Source of the DNA: Patescibacteria group bacterium
GTDB taxonomy: Bacteria > Patescibacteriota > JABMPQ01 > JAHIRA01
DNA length: 64,000 bases
NCBI GenBank assembly: GCA_018818205.1
Contig: JAHISJ010000012.1
Span: 21,523 to 85,522 of the forward strand
Direction: 5' to 3'
Made by a program: the position numbers and the translations under genes. How positions within the stretch are numbered: the first letter of the stretch is position 1; every line of letters begins with the position of its first letter. Shown here one piece after another: positions 48,192-58,434 of the stretch. The notes under the pieces were generated by a model that made no database searches, was not told where the DNA came from, and was given only the letters and a program-made list of their open reading frames with translations.

Positions 48192-48854
48192 TTATTTGAA
48201 CATACAGTTAAGCCCACCAGTAACAACCATATATATTAAATATATAAAAGCGATCAAGGCAAAAAGCATAATTAAAAAAAGCTCGTCCATTTCATTCAGG
48301 CCAAAGTGCTTCTGCAGGAAACTTTTATTTGCTTCCTTTTCACGTTCTCTTGCGACTTTTTGTCGCTGCCTTTTCATTCGCTCTTCTTTTGCCTGAGGTG
48401 AGCCATGGGGAATTTCACTGAAATTGGCAATATCACGTACCATTTTTTGATCTGACAAAGAGAGTGAACCAAAATGTCTATCACCCAACAACCACCTTGC
48501 ACTAATTTGCCGATCATTAAACTGAGGATTCATAATCTTACCAGTAGGAGCACTTTTAGGATTAGGATACGGAACCATCCTTTCCGAAGGCTGATTTCTA
48601 AGTTGGTCGACTTTACTTCTAAGCACTCGAATCTCTTGCAGCTCCTTATACTTCTCAAGCTCCCCACCATCCTTAATCCACCAAATTCTTTCTTCAACAC
48701 CAGTTGCATCTTGTTCAAGTCTGTGAATATACGAGTCAACAATTTTTTGCGCCTTTTCTTGTCTGGATTTAATCAATTGGTAGTCGGAATACGAACTCGG
48801 TTCTCGCATCAACTCATCACGAAGTCTCTCATACATACCCTGTCGTTTTGTCAC
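48192..48854 (-). CDS. tail-anchored membrane protein
   Basis: Single C-terminal TM helix. Confidence 0.35.
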   Translation of the reverse strand: MTKRQGMYERLRDELMREPSSYSDYQLIKSRQEKAQKIVDSYIHRLEQDATGVEERIWWIKDGGELEKYKELQEIRVLRSKVDQLRNQPSERMVPYPNPKSAPTGKIMNPQFNDRQISARWLLGDRHFGSLSLSDQKMVRDIANFSEIPHGSPQAKEERMKRQRQKVAREREKEANKSFLQKHFGLNEMDELFLIMLFALIAFIYLIYMVVTGGLNCMFK

Positions 48855-48869
48855 TATTTGCTAACCTCC

Positions 48870-49742
48870 TTACCTAACGTTCATTGTGGCTGCATTATAG
48901 GTCAAAGTAACAAAATCGTCAAGCGTAAGCCGCTCCGGCCGCGTGCCCGGATTAATACCAATTGACTCAAGCCACGCTCTTGCCGCTTCCTTCTCCATAT
49001 GAAAAAGCGCCGCTACACTGTTTCTAAGCTGCTTCCTTTTGCCGGCAAAAACACCTCTTAGAATGCTGAAAAAAAGTTTTTGGTCAACATCCGGAACCGC
49101 ACTTTTTATCTCCATATGAATCACCGCAGAATCAACAGCGGGTACCGGAAAAAAGTGCTCTCTTGAGACATCAAAACAGTACGAGACTTCTGCAAAAAAC
49201 TGAGCTGCAATAGAAGGAATGCTGCTCTTCCCTTCTACCTCCGTAAGCCTCATCGCAACTTCTTTTTGTACCATAAGTGTGAGTGAACGAGGCTTGAGCG
49301 TATTTTCTAAAAAGTAAGGGATGAGCTTCCCGGTAAGATAGTACGGAATATTGGACACCACATGATACGACCCGATTGACCTGTTTAAATCGTGCACAAT
49401 TGGTTCTTTTTTTTGATCCCTAAAAAGAGTGTCTATATGTAGCTTCAAAATATCCTCGTGAATAAGAGTCAGTTTCGCGTTGTTGTTATATTTTTTTGAC
49501 AGAAATCCGTAGAGATCATCAGACAGTTCTATAGCATAGACATGCTTAACCTTTCTCAGAAGCTCTTCGGTTAAAAAGCCAATGCCGGGACCAACCTCAA
49601 GAACCGTACCATCACTCTTTACGCCAGATACTTCTACTACCGCATCTCTCATTTCTTCCGAAATCAAAAAATGCTGACCGAGGGTTTTGTTTGCCCTGAG
49701 ACCTGCCTTTTTTAGTTCTTGTTTAATGTGTTCCTCTAACAT
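48870..49742 (-). CDS. rsmA: 16S rRNA (adenine1518/1519-N6)-dimethyltransferase
   Basis: LGQHFL...VLEVGPGIGFLT. Confidence 0.8.
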   Translation of the reverse strand: MLEEHIKQELKKAGLRANKTLGQHFLISEEMRDAVVEVSGVKSDGTVLEVGPGIGFLTEELLRKVKHVYAIELSDDLYGFLSKKYNNNAKLTLIHEDILKLHIDTLFRDQKKEPIVHDLNRSIGSYHVVSNIPYYLTGKLIPYFLENTLKPRSLTLMVQKEVAMRLTEVEGKSSIPSIAAQFFAEVSYCFDVSREHFFPVPAVDSAVIHMEIKSAVPDVDQKLFFSILRGVFAGKRKQLRNSVAALFHMEKEAARAWLESIGINPGTRPERLTLDDFVTLTYNAATMNVR

Positions 49743-49744
49743 GA

Positions 49745-50746
49745 TTAGTGTGATCGATTACTAATAAAATCAATGCATGACCTAAGCTCATCAGTGCATT
49801 TGAAATCCAGTGTAGCAAGCAGCGTATCAATATCTTTTCTGTATTGTTGAGCCAAACATGAGATCTCCTGCTGTATTGCCAGTATATCACTCTTTTTAAG
49901 TTCATCTAGGGAAGTACTATCCATGCCCCTATTTCGCAAAAGCAGGGTGACATAGGTCGCCTTTTTTTGACTCAAGTCGCTTGAAACCCCCTTCCCCGTT
50001 TTGTTACTTTCACCCAAGACAGAGAGATAATCATCTGTCATTTGATACAGCTGTCCGAGCAGATAGGAAACTTTTTTAAGCGACTCGAGTGTTTTAGGAG
50101 ATGCACCGGCCATATGTGCGCCAAGCACCAGCGTTGCGTTAAGCGAATAGCTCGTTGTTTTGAGATCAACAAGAAGTGCGACATCCTCCTGAGTAAGTCC
50201 TTGAGCACTATCTATGGTTATGTCTTTAAACTCTCCCACGCCAGCTCTCACCGCCTGGGAATTTAGATATGACAGCGCAGACATTTTTGTGTCAGGGGGG
50301 ACAGAAGACGTAAGCATGATATCATACGCGTGTGTAATAAGGATATTTGACAGTACTATCGCTTCCCGCACGGACGTTCTCTCAAAGCTGCTGTGGTTTT
50401 CGGCTGATTCATCTGCGCCAGATGTAATGTGAAACGCATTTTTTGAACGACGAATCTTGTCCTCATCAAAAATATCGTCTTGTATAAGCAGTGCCGCATG
50501 ACCAAACTCAATACCAAGTGAAAAATCAAAGACGCCATCCGGCACCGAATCGGTAATAAGTCGATACCCAAGGCACGTTAAATAGCCTCGTAGTCTCTTG
50601 CCGCCTCTTTGCACATACTCACACAATCTTTTTTCTTCTTCCTGCAACTTATCTCTTTTAAGCACATCATCAAAAAAACGCGCTGCTTGCTCCGCAAATC
50701 GTTTTTGATACTCAGCTAGATTGTTTTCAAAAGAATGGCTATTCAC
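49745..50746 (-). CDS. polyprenyl diphosphate synthase (trans-IPPS)
   Basis: Two Asp-rich motifs: LLIQDDIFDED and YQMTDDYLSV. Confidence 0.75.
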   Translation of the reverse strand: MNSHSFENNLAEYQKRFAEQAARFFDDVLKRDKLQEEEKRLCEYVQRGGKRLRGYLTCLGYRLITDSVPDGVFDFSLGIEFGHAALLIQDDIFDEDKIRRSKNAFHITSGADESAENHSSFERTSVREAIVLSNILITHAYDIMLTSSVPPDTKMSALSYLNSQAVRAGVGEFKDITIDSAQGLTQEDVALLVDLKTTSYSLNATLVLGAHMAGASPKTLESLKKVSYLLGQLYQMTDDYLSVLGESNKTGKGVSSDLSQKKATYVTLLLRNRGMDSTSLDELKKSDILAIQQEISCLAQQYRKDIDTLLATLDFKCTDELRSCIDFISNRSH

Positions 50747-50812
50747 AGGATAAGAAAAAAACGTATAATAATTTCATATTGATATATCACTACCTTACCA
50801 AAACACACACCC

Positions 50813-52393
50813 ATGTTAAAAGGGCTTTTACACAAAATTGAAACGAGCAAGGTCTCTCTCAAAACGTGGATAGCGAGCTTTTTTTCTATAATCATGCTCA
50901 GAGTCATGCTTGAGAGCTTTTCTGCAAAGCAGGGTGACTTATTTACGATTACCTCGTTTGCGCATCTCTTCTTCTTTTTTATAAGCGCGATACTCACGCT
51001 TATTTTGATTATGCGGCTCTTTACTAAAGAGAGTATTGTTTCGATTAGTATTTTGGCGATGTGCGGATGGTTTGTCTCACTCACTCCTCCCATTGTTGAT
51101 CTGTTTGTCTCAAAAGGCAAGGGAGGCTATATCATTAGCTACCTCTTTGAACCAACGGACAATCTCTTCCATTCATTTATTACCTTTTTTGGTCCATCGC
51201 TTCAAAACGGAATGACATACGGGATTAGAACGCAGACTATACTGGCAATGCTCCTTGTGGGACTCTACGTCTATATAAAGACACGGGGAATACTGAGGAC
51301 TATATGCGCAGTCATTTTAGTGTACATTACGATTTTTTTCTTTGCGATTTTGCCCACCCTTCTTACCATGCTTGAAAAATGGTCATTTACCGTTACCAAA
51401 GCAGACGTAGTTGACTTTGCATTTTTGCCGCAAAAGATTTTTGGTATCTCTCTTATAAACCCCGCTAAGATTTTTGACTTTAAAATAACACTCGTTTTGA
51501 CTCTGATTGTCGCACTTGAACTTGCACTGTGGTTTTTTCTCTACAATAAAGAAAAGTGGATTGCGCTTATTAAAAATTTTCGATACTCGCGGTTTCTTCT
51601 AAGTATTACCGCCCTTGGAACCGGCATGTATATTGGACTTAAAATAACCCAAAGCGCGTTTGTGCCGAGTTTTATGCACTGGATCGTTACAATAAACGCG
51701 CTGCTTATTCTCTTTGCTGCATGGATCTACTCTATTTGTACAAACGATATCACCGACCAAAAAATCGACAAAATCTCAAACCAAAAACGACCACTCATTA
51801 CCCGCATTCTTTCAACAAACGAAGTTGCAAACGTTGGACTTGTAGTAATGCTCCTTGCAAATGGAGTCGCGTTTACCCTTGGACTGAGGTTTCTAACCGT
51901 ATCGCTCACGCTTACCGCACTGACGTATCTTTACTCTGCCCCTCCCATTAGACTCAGACGATTTCCGTTTATATCGTCGCTCATTATTGCGCTCTCCGTG
52001 CTTTTGGCGCTTTTTCTTGGGTTTATGCTTATCTCAAAAGATCAGTCTCTTGTTGACTTCCCCAGCAGCATTATGATCACGGCAATAGTCCTCTTTACTC
52101 TGGTTGCTAATGTTAAGGATATTAAGGACTATAAAGGAGATAAAGAAGCAGGAATTATGACTATCCCCACAATCCTTGGACAAAAAAGGGGAAAGCTCGT
52201 TTTAGGTATATTAAACTTTATTTCGTTTATCCTCTTTGCAGCACTCCTTTCCTCAAACCGATTTTTGCTGCTAATTGCGTTTTGCTTTGGAGTACTCGCG
52301 TTTCTCCTTACGTATGATAAAAAAACACGGGAAGCGCCGCTTTTTGTCTTGTACTCCGTGTTTTTTGCGATAATGGTGGTGTTTTTGTATTAG
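50813..52393 (+). CDS. UbiA-family prenyltransferase with ~260-aa N-terminal polytopic extension
   Basis: NDITDQKIDK and KDIKDYKGDKEAG Asp-rich motifs in the C-terminal half. The N-terminal half is hydrophobic and unassigned. Confidence 0.6.
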   Translation: MLKGLLHKIETSKVSLKTWIASFFSIIMLRVMLESFSAKQGDLFTITSFAHLFFFFISAILTLILIMRLFTKESIVSISILAMCGWFVSLTPPIVDLFVSKGKGGYIISYLFEPTDNLFHSFITFFGPSLQNGMTYGIRTQTILAMLLVGLYVYIKTRGILRTICAVILVYITIFFFAILPTLLTMLEKWSFTVTKADVVDFAFLPQKIFGISLINPAKIFDFKITLVLTLIVALELALWFFLYNKEKWIALIKNFRYSRFLLSITALGTGMYIGLKITQSAFVPSFMHWIVTINALLILFAAWIYSICTNDITDQKIDKISNQKRPLITRILSTNEVANVGLVVMLLANGVAFTLGLRFLTVSLTLTALTYLYSAPPIRLRRFPFISSLIIALSVLLALFLGFMLISKDQSLVDFPSSIMITAIVLFTLVANVKDIKDYKGDKEAGIMTIPTILGQKRGKLVLGILNFISFILFAALLSSNRFLLLIAFCFGVLAFLLTYDKKTREAPLFVLYSVFFAIMVVFLY

Positions 52394-52672
52394 CACTTCT
52401 TGCTCATTTACTACATACCTACTACATCATTTTTGGTCTAGCATAAAGCATTTTATAGTATTCTGACGAACATCTTCGTGAAATCGCTACATACTTTTGT
52501 GCTCAAGTTGGAACATAGTTTTTCGGTTTTTCTGATTGTTTTATAAGCTCATTTTTATTGTACTCTTAAGTAATTGCCGAGATAGCTTGATAGCTCTTTT
52601 CACCAATACCAAGCCGTTCTCTAAGCATTGCACTTGTCATTCTTAATTCTTCTACATATCTCAATGAAGAAG

Positions 52673-52702
52673 TATTGAAAAAAAATGTAACTATGCTATA
52701 AT
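52673..52702 (+). promoter_or_regulatory. sigma70-like promoter (TTGAAA, 16 nt, TATAAT)
   Basis: Near-consensus -35 and -10 elements. Confidence 0.5.
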
Positions 52703-52708
52703 GAACTC

Positions 52709-52780
52709 GGAATTGTTTCCGCTCCAAACTGTAGCGTTTATCGCTGCGTTCCCTAAAGGGATAGGAGCGGAATTTTTTTA
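52709..52780 (+). ncRNA. candidate small RNA (~70 nt) ending in a strong hairpin plus T7 terminator
   Basis: TTCCGCTCC...GGAGCGGAA stem followed by TTTTTTT. Lies about 7 nt downstream of the promoter -10. Confidence 0.3.
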
Positions 52781-53413
52781 TACAGGAGGCCATATTTGAA
52801 CTCGAATTTCACGATGTGAAATTAGTTTTCGAAACACGTTGTAATGCTTTTTTCTCTCAGATAACGATCTATTTATTGAACCCGCAACATAATCTGCTAA
52901 TTGCAAGAGATTGTTTGATTCCGATCTCTGCATTTTTACCTTTCTTATTACCTTCGTTTTATCATAGTTCATTTTTCTTCTAAGATATGTTCCGAGTTGT
53001 CTCTTGAAATCAAGGGAACCGGTCTGATCTATAATGACAGTAGAGTTTTGTAACTGCTGAGATGCGTTTTGAAAAACCAATCCACATGTATATTTATAGA
53101 ATGAACTCTTATCTTTAAACCCTTCTCCCCACAATTTTTTTGGGTTTTTATTAATCACTATTCCGTAATAGAAGAAATTATACTTAGCGATCGATCGAAG
53201 AAACATTTCTCTTACCTTATTTGAATTTACTTTAAAATGAAACTCACTGTTTTGTCTCCAGTCAAGTTTTCTTTTGAGTTCGTCAATGCTTCGATCGCAA
53301 GCTATTGCTTCCTCCTTGTCCTCAAAAACAACCAAAGCTACAGTAAAAAACTTACTGGATCCTTGTTTTTGATTCATACCAGAATCACCTGATTCGTCAA
53401 TAAAAACTAACAT
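52778..53413 (-). CDS. DUF3800 family protein
   Basis: Family-typical N-terminus MLVFIDESGDSG. Confidence 0.6.
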   Translation of the reverse strand: MLVFIDESGDSGMNQKQGSSKFFTVALVVFEDKEEAIACDRSIDELKRKLDWRQNSEFHFKVNSNKVREMFLRSIAKYNFFYYGIVINKNPKKLWGEGFKDKSSFYKYTCGLVFQNASQQLQNSTVIIDQTGSLDFKRQLGTYLRRKMNYDKTKVIRKVKMQRSESNNLLQLADYVAGSINRSLSERKKHYNVFRKLISHREIRVQIWPPV

Positions 53414-53443
53414 CGTTCTAAAAATTAACCTATAAATATCATA

Positions 53444-53956
53444 TCAATCAATTCTATTAAATAAATCATAGTTAGTCGCTAAGTACGATTCTTGTTCAAT
53501 AAACCCTTTATCAGGATTCCTAAGTAAAAATATAGCGTATCCAAGACATCTGTGGTTACCGTCTTGAATATAATAATTTGAGCCATGATTCTGTTCTCCA
53601 TTTTTTGCATCTCTAATAATCAAAGGTAAGAAACTTGGCAAATTACTTACTTTTAAAGTATAAATTGTAGTTTTTATAGTTTTTTTAAGATCCCAGTTAC
53701 TACTTAAAATGCCGTCATTATTTTCAAGCAACTTCATAGAGGTTTTTGCTACATTCTCAAGACGCCTGCCATTTTTTGTAATATCTTTTACTTCATCATT
53801 ATCTAGAAAACATAAATTCAAAAAATCGTTCTTTCCAAGTTTAACTAAATAATAGAACTTAAATTTATTCAGAGCTTCTTGATTGTCTTTATGATTACCT
53901 TGCTCTGCTAAGCAACTTTGAATAATAGATCTGCAGACTTTTTTTACTACAAGCAT
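53444..53956 (-). CDS. hypothetical protein
   Basis: ORF only. Confidence 0.35.
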   Translation of the reverse strand: MLVVKKVCRSIIQSCLAEQGNHKDNQEALNKFKFYYLVKLGKNDFLNLCFLDNDEVKDITKNGRRLENVAKTSMKLLENNDGILSSNWDLKKTIKTTIYTLKVSNLPSFLPLIIRDAKNGEQNHGSNYYIQDGNHRCLGYAIFLLRNPDKGFIEQESYLATNYDLFNRID

Positions 53957-54144
53957 AATCCCATATTAACCTTCATTTCATTCCTTGCATAACTAATTAA
54001 TGTATTAATACCATTTTCTCTTTTTAAATACACAAGTTACTACTAGGTTCCAACCGAGAAACTGGAACCAATACTATTATATCTCGAATTTATTTTGCCA
54101 CAAATAATATCAATCTATCGTATTTCCTTGTTTAAGCCAAAAAA

Positions 54145-56355
54145 CTACTCCTTCTTCAACCCTGCAAAATCCGCCGCAATCTTCTTTACCCCATGTTGCG
54201 CAAACGCAATCTCAAGCACCGACCCATCTTCCTTAATCACAACCCCTTTACCAAATGCCGGATGCATCACTAAATCTCCTTGGTGGATATCGCTAATAAC
54301 GGTTTGAGGCTCTTCATTACTCTCTTCAACTTCTGGCACAGGGGTAAGATTGATATCACTATATTCTTTGAGTCCAAGCTCCTCTACATGCTCAGCAGGA
54401 ATATCCTCCAAAAACCGCGATGGTGCGTTATTTTGCGTTGCTCCAAAAAGCTCACGGTAAAGGGCTCTCAGCATAAACAAACGTTTTTTCGCACGAGTCA
54501 TTCCAACATAACAAAGACGCCTTTCTTCATCGAGTTCCTTCATATCAAAAAGCGACCGTGAATGGGGGAAAAGTGACTCCTCCATACCTATCAAGAACAC
54601 TTCGTCAAATTCAAGTCCTTTGGCACTATGGACAGTCATCAGCAGCACACGGTCATCATCAGATGCCCGCGCAACTGAAGAATTCTTGTCTGTTTCATCA
54701 ACATCACTCATAAGGCTAATTTCTTGGAGTAATGCCTCTAAATTCTCTCGCGTTGATTCAAACGTAAACTTTGACGTAACACTCTTAAGCTCCATAACAT
54801 TTTCATAGCGTATCTCCCCTTCATCACTCCCATCACGCAAAAAGGAACCAAGACCAGACGCGGTAACAATGTACTCAATAAGCTCATCAAGCGACAGTGT
54901 ATCGAGCTTCTCTTGGCCTTTTAAAATGATGTTTCTAAATGTAACGAGTCCATTTTTTGCAGCCCCCCTCAGTCCCGAGACAACGGTATCATTGCAGATA
55001 AGTGAAAAGAGTGATTGTCTGGTTGCGAGAGCCTCTTCCTCTAAAACAGCCAGTGTTTGCTTACCGATTTTTCGTGAAGGTACATTAACCACGCGAAGCA
55101 AACCAACCGTATCGTTTGGATTTAAAAGAAGCCGTAAATACGCCACTACATCTTTAATCTCTTTTCTATCATAAAACCGAACACCTCCCACAATTTTGTA
55201 GGGAATGCTGTGCTCCAAAAAGATCTCTTCAAGAACCCGTGATTGCACATTAGTGCGGTACAAAACGGCATGTTCAGCATTACGCTTTCCGTGGATATTC
55301 ACATTTTCTAAAATTCTGTCAGCCACAAATTGTGCTTCCTCAAATGCCGATTCTGAGGTATACAGCCCCACTCTGTCACCCTCGCCGGCTTCAGTCCACA
55401 GTTCCTTTTCCTTTCGCTCCTCAGCACCAAGGATAACCCCGTGCGCTGCGTCCAAAATGTTCTTGGTTGACCGATAATTTTGCTCAAGTTTAATAACTTT
55501 GGCGTTTTTAAAGTCCTTTTCAAAGTTCAAAATGTTGCGAATATCCGCACCCCGCCAACCGTAAATCGACTGCCAGTCGTCACCCACCACAAAGAGATTC
55601 TGATACTTTTCTGAAAACAGACGTAAAAATTCATACTGCGCTTTGTTGGTATCCTGATACTCGTCAATAAGAATATATCTAAAACGCTCCTGATACCGCT
55701 CAAGCGCCTTCTTATTATTAGTAAAAAGCGTAACGGATTGCATAATTAGGTCATCAAAATCAAGTGCATCTGCCTCCTGTAAAAAAGCCTGATACTCTTT
55801 ATATATCTTTGCTACCCGCTCAGTAAAATAATCGCCTCCCGCCTGTTTTAAGACATCTTCTGAGGTGAGCAGTTCATTTTTTGCCTGAGAAATAGCATGT
55901 TTTGCTGCATGGGGGTTAATGTCATTTTTTGCAATTCCCATCCGTTTTAGAACCTTTTTAACCGCAGAAAGTTGGTCATCTGAATCATAGACCACAAAAT
56001 GACGACTATACCCTAAACTCTGGGCTTCTCGCCTTAAAATCTGCACGGCAAGAGAGTGAAACGTGCCTACGTAAGGGTTATGGGGTGAAATAAATGGAGG
56101 GATCGAGGCATTACCAGGGGTTCCAAGCAAGCTAACAATACGGTCTTTCATCTCACTTGCCGCTTTGTTGGTAAACGTAACGGCAAGAATCGTCGCAGGA
56201 GCAACACCTGAATCAATAAGCTGAGCAACTCTATGAGTCAAAACACGCGTTTTCCCAGACCCTGCACCGGCAAGGACTAAAAGAGGACCGTCCTTGTGCA
56301 AAACGGCTTTTTTTTGTGGTTCGTTTAAGCTCTCTAAAATGTCAGTTTTTAGCAT
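54145..56355 (-). CDS. pcrA: ATP-dependent DNA helicase PcrA/UvrD
   Basis: AGAGSGKTRVLTHR Walker A. UvrD motifs through to C-terminus. Confidence 0.85.
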   Translation of the reverse strand: MLKTDILESLNEPQKKAVLHKDGPLLVLAGAGSGKTRVLTHRVAQLIDSGVAPATILAVTFTNKAASEMKDRIVSLLGTPGNASIPPFISPHNPYVGTFHSLAVQILRREAQSLGYSRHFVVYDSDDQLSAVKKVLKRMGIAKNDINPHAAKHAISQAKNELLTSEDVLKQAGGDYFTERVAKIYKEYQAFLQEADALDFDDLIMQSVTLFTNNKKALERYQERFRYILIDEYQDTNKAQYEFLRLFSEKYQNLFVVGDDWQSIYGWRGADIRNILNFEKDFKNAKVIKLEQNYRSTKNILDAAHGVILGAEERKEKELWTEAGEGDRVGLYTSESAFEEAQFVADRILENVNIHGKRNAEHAVLYRTNVQSRVLEEIFLEHSIPYKIVGGVRFYDRKEIKDVVAYLRLLLNPNDTVGLLRVVNVPSRKIGKQTLAVLEEEALATRQSLFSLICNDTVVSGLRGAAKNGLVTFRNIILKGQEKLDTLSLDELIEYIVTASGLGSFLRDGSDEGEIRYENVMELKSVTSKFTFESTRENLEALLQEISLMSDVDETDKNSSVARASDDDRVLLMTVHSAKGLEFDEVFLIGMEESLFPHSRSLFDMKELDEERRLCYVGMTRAKKRLFMLRALYRELFGATQNNAPSRFLEDIPAEHVEELGLKEYSDINLTPVPEVEESNEEPQTVISDIHQGDLVMHPAFGKGVVIKEDGSVLEIAFAQHGVKKIAADFAGLKKE

Positions 56356-56696
56356 AAATAAGGTAAAATGTTAGTATTTGATAGGGTGTGTGCTTAACCA
56401 AGGGTAAAAACAGCGATTTACCCCTTTATTGGCTTATTTAAGGGATAAAACACCTATTTACCACGCCCTTTCATTATAGAATGTGTGGACAGTATGGGCA
56501 AGATGACTTCATGAAGGGCCGCTTTTTGGCTTAAACAAGGGGAAAACAAAATGTATTGACTAAATTTTGGATTCCCATTAGTATGTGTACCACGAAAGTA
56601 AAATGATTTGCTTTCGTAAATACGTTCATTTAATAATAATAGAGCGAACGTATTTAAGTCTTTTAGCCGGATAGTTGTTGCTTTGCTGTTTTACGC

Positions 56697-58019
56697 TTGA
56701 ACTGGTTACCGGTTAGAGGAAGGGTGTCTACTATTACTAGTAGAAACAAGTACCCAACTTTTCTAAAATCTCCTTTTAAGGAGACAAGTTGGTTTACACG
56801 CACCGTACGCAACACAAAACAGTCACTCAAAAAATCAAAAGAACAACTAGTCTCCTATCTAAAACGTCTTCTTTCAGAAGAGAATAGACGATTTGTGATG
56901 GCGCTCGTATTGCTACTTGCAGTAGTTATTGCCGTAGTAAACATCATAAGTAAAGAAAACGAGCAGATCACCGTAAAGCCTGAGGAAAATAGTGTATTAG
57001 TATCACTCCTCTATGGTGACAACGGTATTGAGACCGTAACCAATGAGACACCGGTCTTAGTAAAAGAACAACGTCTCTCACCTATTGCTATTGCAAAGGC
57101 AGCTCCCGCAGAAGCTGAAAGCAGCAAGTCTGCTGTAGATAGCGCTGTTCCTCCTCCAGCAAATGACATGCAAAGCACCGTACAATTGCTGGGAAGCGAC
57201 ACGCTAGTCAGAAACAGTGCCGTTGATACGGTGGTCTCTGATAAGCCTCGTGAAGACATTGTTCAATATAAGGTAAGAACCGGCGATACGGTAACCTCAA
57301 TTGCTAAAAAGTTTAGCGTTGATGAGGGTACCATCCTTGAAGAGAATAAGCTCTTTGCCGATGATTACATCAAACCTGGTGACACCTTAACGATTCTACC
57401 CGTTGCCGGTACAACCGAGCGTGTAGACAAAGGTGAAACGCTTGAGAGTATTGCAAAAAAACATGGTGCCGACATGAATGAAGTGATGGCATTTAACGAC
57501 ATAGAAAATGCCGACGATGTTGAGTTTGCAGAAATACTCCTCATTCCCGGCGGTAAAAGAGAAGTCAAGAACAGACCAAAACCTGAACCAGTTCAAACTG
57601 TTGCTGCTGCACCAACACGCCAGCAAGCAAGCACTCGTACTTCATCTTCAAGCAGCCAGACCTCAACGTCTAAGTCAACGCAAAAACCTGTTGTTAAAAA
57701 AGGTTCACGCGTAGGCAATAGATTCCCTTGGGGTTGGTGTACCTGGTACGTTGCTGAAAAACGTGGTGATGTTACCTGGCGTGGAAACGCAGGTACCTGG
57801 CTCGGTGGTGCAAGAAGCTCTGGACGTGCAACAGGTTCTGTCCCTGCCGTTGGCGCCATTATGGTGACCGGTGAGAGTGGCTATGGACACGTTGCCTATG
57901 TTGAAGCGGTCAACGGTAGCCAGGTCACGGTCTCAGAAATGAACTATCGTGGATTTGGTGTCGTGAGTAGCAGAACCATTTCTTCGGGTAGTCGTGTTAT
58001 TAAGGGGTACGTGTATTAA
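56697..58019 (+). CDS. LysM-repeat plus CHAP-domain cell-wall hydrolase (start uncertain)
   Basis: Two LysM-like segments (YKVRTGDTVTSIAKKF; VDKGETLESIAKKH). C-terminal CHAP region (WGWCTWYV...GYGHVAYVEAV). The true start may be ATG near 56896, before the TM helix. Confidence 0.65.
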   Translation: MNWLPVRGRVSTITSRNKYPTFLKSPFKETSWFTRTVRNTKQSLKKSKEQLVSYLKRLLSEENRRFVMALVLLLAVVIAVVNIISKENEQITVKPEENSVLVSLLYGDNGIETVTNETPVLVKEQRLSPIAIAKAAPAEAESSKSAVDSAVPPPANDMQSTVQLLGSDTLVRNSAVDTVVSDKPREDIVQYKVRTGDTVTSIAKKFSVDEGTILEENKLFADDYIKPGDTLTILPVAGTTERVDKGETLESIAKKHGADMNEVMAFNDIENADDVEFAEILLIPGGKREVKNRPKPEPVQTVAAAPTRQQASTRTSSSSSQTSTSKSTQKPVVKKGSRVGNRFPWGWCTWYVAEKRGDVTWRGNAGTWLGGARSSGRATGSVPAVGAIMVTGESGYGHVAYVEAVNGSQVTVSEMNYRGFGVVSSRTISSGSRVIKGYVY

Positions 58020-58020
58020 A

Positions 58021-58095
58021 AAACGGGTGGGCATAAAGCCCTCCCCTACGAATCATTTCTGTGTACGGGTGGGCTTTATGCCCACCCGTTTTATT
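58021..58095 (+). terminator. long perfect hairpin terminator
   Basis: ACGGGTGGGCATAAAGCCC...GGGCTTTATGCCCACCCGTTTTATTT. Confidence 0.6.
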
Positions 58096-58434
58096 TGCAT
58101 TATTTTTATCCACACCTTTGGCCATAATGCCTTAAAAATGGCACCATTGTGTAAAAATAGCGCTTATTTAAAGGCTTAAACTGGGGTTTATTAAAATGTA
58201 TTGACATTATTTTATAGATATGCTAATATAGACTTTGTCATTATAGGTCAGGGCGATAAGCCCTGTTTTTTCTTTCTAAAAATACTTAAGTCAATAGAAA
58301 CGCCACGTGCCTTTAAAGCACGTGGGAAGAGGGATCTTCTATTAAAGAAAGCTTTACTAGAAGAGTGGTGAGATTTAAGTAGCCGGGAATAGTCTCCTGG
58401 TAAGTAGAAACCCTAGAGTGGCACGTACTACACT

